Part shown: in pieces, positions 63,501 to 64,000 of the stretch
Layout: each line of letters begins with the position of its first letter
Position numbering within the stretch: the stretch's first letter is position 1
Assembly (NCBI GenBank): GCA_002633005.1
Contig: NMRA01000085.1
Span: forward strand, 736,619-800,618
Reading direction: 5' to 3'
Source of the DNA: Phoronis australis
Taxonomy: Eukaryota > Animalia > Phoronida
DNA: 64,000 bases
Translations under genes and position numbers: made by a program
Notes under the pieces: model-generated
What the model saw: the letters and a program-made list of their open reading frames with translations, nothing else
Databases searched by the model: none
What the model was told of the DNA's origin: nothing

Positions 63501-64000
63501 CAACACCTCAACTATCAGCTAGCTCTGAGCGTTCTCCATTCTTTGCTGATAGAAACCAGCGAAAGAATTCTGTTCCTTCCCTTAACTCTTTTCGGCGTCA
63601 GATACTTCAAGATACCTCGGCATTGATAAAAACAGGTGAAAAGGGTGTCAATAATGACCTTGTAGTATTGGGTCTGACCTCTTGGGAAGACCGCAAAATG
63701 GAAGTCCTAAGTGATGCAGGTGTATACCATATGATAAGAGATATTGAAGAACATGTAATGAAGAATGATGGTGCTACATCAGACCATAAAAACCCCATCT
63801 CAAGCACTTCTGAAGCTGTTTGTCATGCACCCAATGAAAAGCTAGGTGTTGTTGCTTCACCTACTGGTGGTCTTGGACAAGCTTCATCGACCAGTGAAAA
63901 TTCACAGCTTTTTGAGAGGCAAAGCGTCCAAGTGCTAGGAGTGGTCTCTAACGAAGAAAGCAAAAATGATGTGGAAAGCGAGGCAGATGTGTACCAGATG
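45624..64000 (+). CDS. SEC16: Protein transport protein SEC16 (ER exit-site scaffold), multi-exon, 3' end beyond window
   Basis: Large disordered first coding exon, Arg/Asp-rich region with RPSSR motifs, and the central conserved domain ([103 protein letters not shown]). Confidence 0.94.
49099..49314 (+). CDS. SEC16: SEC16 Arg/Asp-rich exon
   Basis: atccag / gtttgt, phase 1-1, DRDR-rich frame. Confidence 0.85.
49676..50183. mobile_element. Non-autonomous hAT-like DNA transposon (MITE), 508 bp
   Basis: Perfect 13-bp TIRs cagggcttggaat / attccaagccctg; tatttt on both flanks; CpG-rich interior with repeated ttccgcgg. Confidence 0.8.
50431..50548 (+). CDS. SEC16: SEC16 exon ([10 protein letters not shown]...[10 protein letters not shown])
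   Basis: ttctag / gtaatt, phase 1-2. Confidence 0.85.
51159..51293 (+). CDS. SEC16: SEC16 exon (IAEHYVQQ...[18 protein letters not shown])
   Basis: cttcag / gtaagg. Confidence 0.87.
51754..51890 (+). CDS. SEC16: SEC16 exon ([16 protein letters not shown]...)
   Basis: ttgtag / gtaaat. Confidence 0.85.
52673..52889 (+). CDS. SEC16: SEC16 conserved-domain exon ([14 protein letters not shown]...[11 protein letters not shown])
   Basis: tttcag / gtgagt. Confidence 0.93.
53690..53828 (+). CDS. SEC16: SEC16 exon ([12 protein letters not shown]...LLIKQNG)
   Basis: tttcag / gtgagt. Confidence 0.93.
54416..54637 (+). CDS. SEC16: SEC16 exon ([16 protein letters not shown]...[11 protein letters not shown])
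   Basis: ttctag / gtgtga. Confidence 0.92.
54993..55175 (+). CDS. SEC16: SEC16 exon ([23 protein letters not shown]...SGRQPAAST)
   Basis: ctgcag / gttagt. Confidence 0.94.
56743..56860 (+). CDS. SEC16: SEC16 exon ([20 protein letters not shown]...LGDTL)
   Basis: ttgcag / gtgagt. Confidence 0.94.
57069..57180 (+). CDS. SEC16: SEC16 exon ([20 protein letters not shown]...VLIGSNH)
   Basis: tttcag / gtgagt. Confidence 0.94.
57369..57528 (+). CDS. SEC16: SEC16 exon ([24 protein letters not shown]...GLHLE)
   Basis: gtctag / gtgagc. Confidence 0.94.
58033..58119 (+). CDS. SEC16: SEC16 exon ([29 protein letters not shown])
   Basis: tttcag / gtgagt. Confidence 0.92.
58414..58663 (+). CDS. SEC16: SEC16 exon ([11 protein letters not shown]...EPYWLSQL...)
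   Basis: tttcag / gtaaaa. Confidence 0.9.
59093..59397 (+). CDS. SEC16: SEC16 Gln-rich exon
   Basis: ttacag / gtgagt, phase 1-0. Confidence 0.85.
60130..60273 (+). CDS. SEC16: SEC16 exon ([14 protein letters not shown]...DYYNMATR)
   Basis: ctacag / gtgagt, phase 0-0. Confidence 0.82.
60948..61100 (+). CDS. SEC16: Candidate SEC16 alternative basic exon ([51 protein letters not shown])
   Basis: Purine-rich 153-nt open frame after a pyrimidine tract; weak aaag acceptor, CAG/gtataa donor, phase 0-0. Confidence 0.55.
61775..64000 (+). CDS. SEC16: Large in-frame exon (at least 742 codons), Pro/Ser/Thr-rich with 21-aa repeats, probably an alternative SEC16 exon
   Basis: ttctag acceptor at 61774; frame [10 protein letters not shown]... 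stays open to the window end (absent from the ORF track because there is no stop); phase 0 matches the upstream donors. Confidence 0.7.
62410..63390 (+). repeat. Coding tandem repeat, 63-bp unit (consensus [21 protein letters not shown]), about 15 copies
   Basis: Recurring acaagctcctgtcac...cacaaacgtcaccaatatctccactagtgacacct. Confidence 0.9.

Overview
Eukaryotic (metazoan, probably invertebrate) intron-rich genomic DNA, AT-rich, with no prokaryotic features. It holds three spliced genes, reconstructed by hand from GT-AG junctions and translation. (1) A Vav-family Rho/Rac GEF on +, whose 5' end lies upstream of the window; the CH end, acidic region, DH, PH, C1, SH3, SH2 and SH3 are present, stop at 33636. 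(2) A complete 5-exon SEC22B on - (36434-42081). (3) SEC16 on +, head-to-head with SEC22B, ATG at 45624 and running off the window end. Main points of interest: rich hidden alternative splicing in Vav (a duplicated acidic-region exon pair, a 21-nt PH microexon, two frame-enforced mutually exclusive SH3-SH2 linker exons); a DH exon whose acceptor and donor junctions are both tandemly amplified; a C1 domain that seems to have lost one zinc site; a >2.2 kb unannotated in-frame SEC16 exon with an RVxF motif and ~15 SP/TP-rich 21-aa repeats; a shared SEC22B/SEC16 promoter with UPR/CREB3-like sites; and several MITE, SINE-like and satellite elements. A 1.05 kb duplication around a single N is probably an assembly artefact. 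Nothing here was database-searched.
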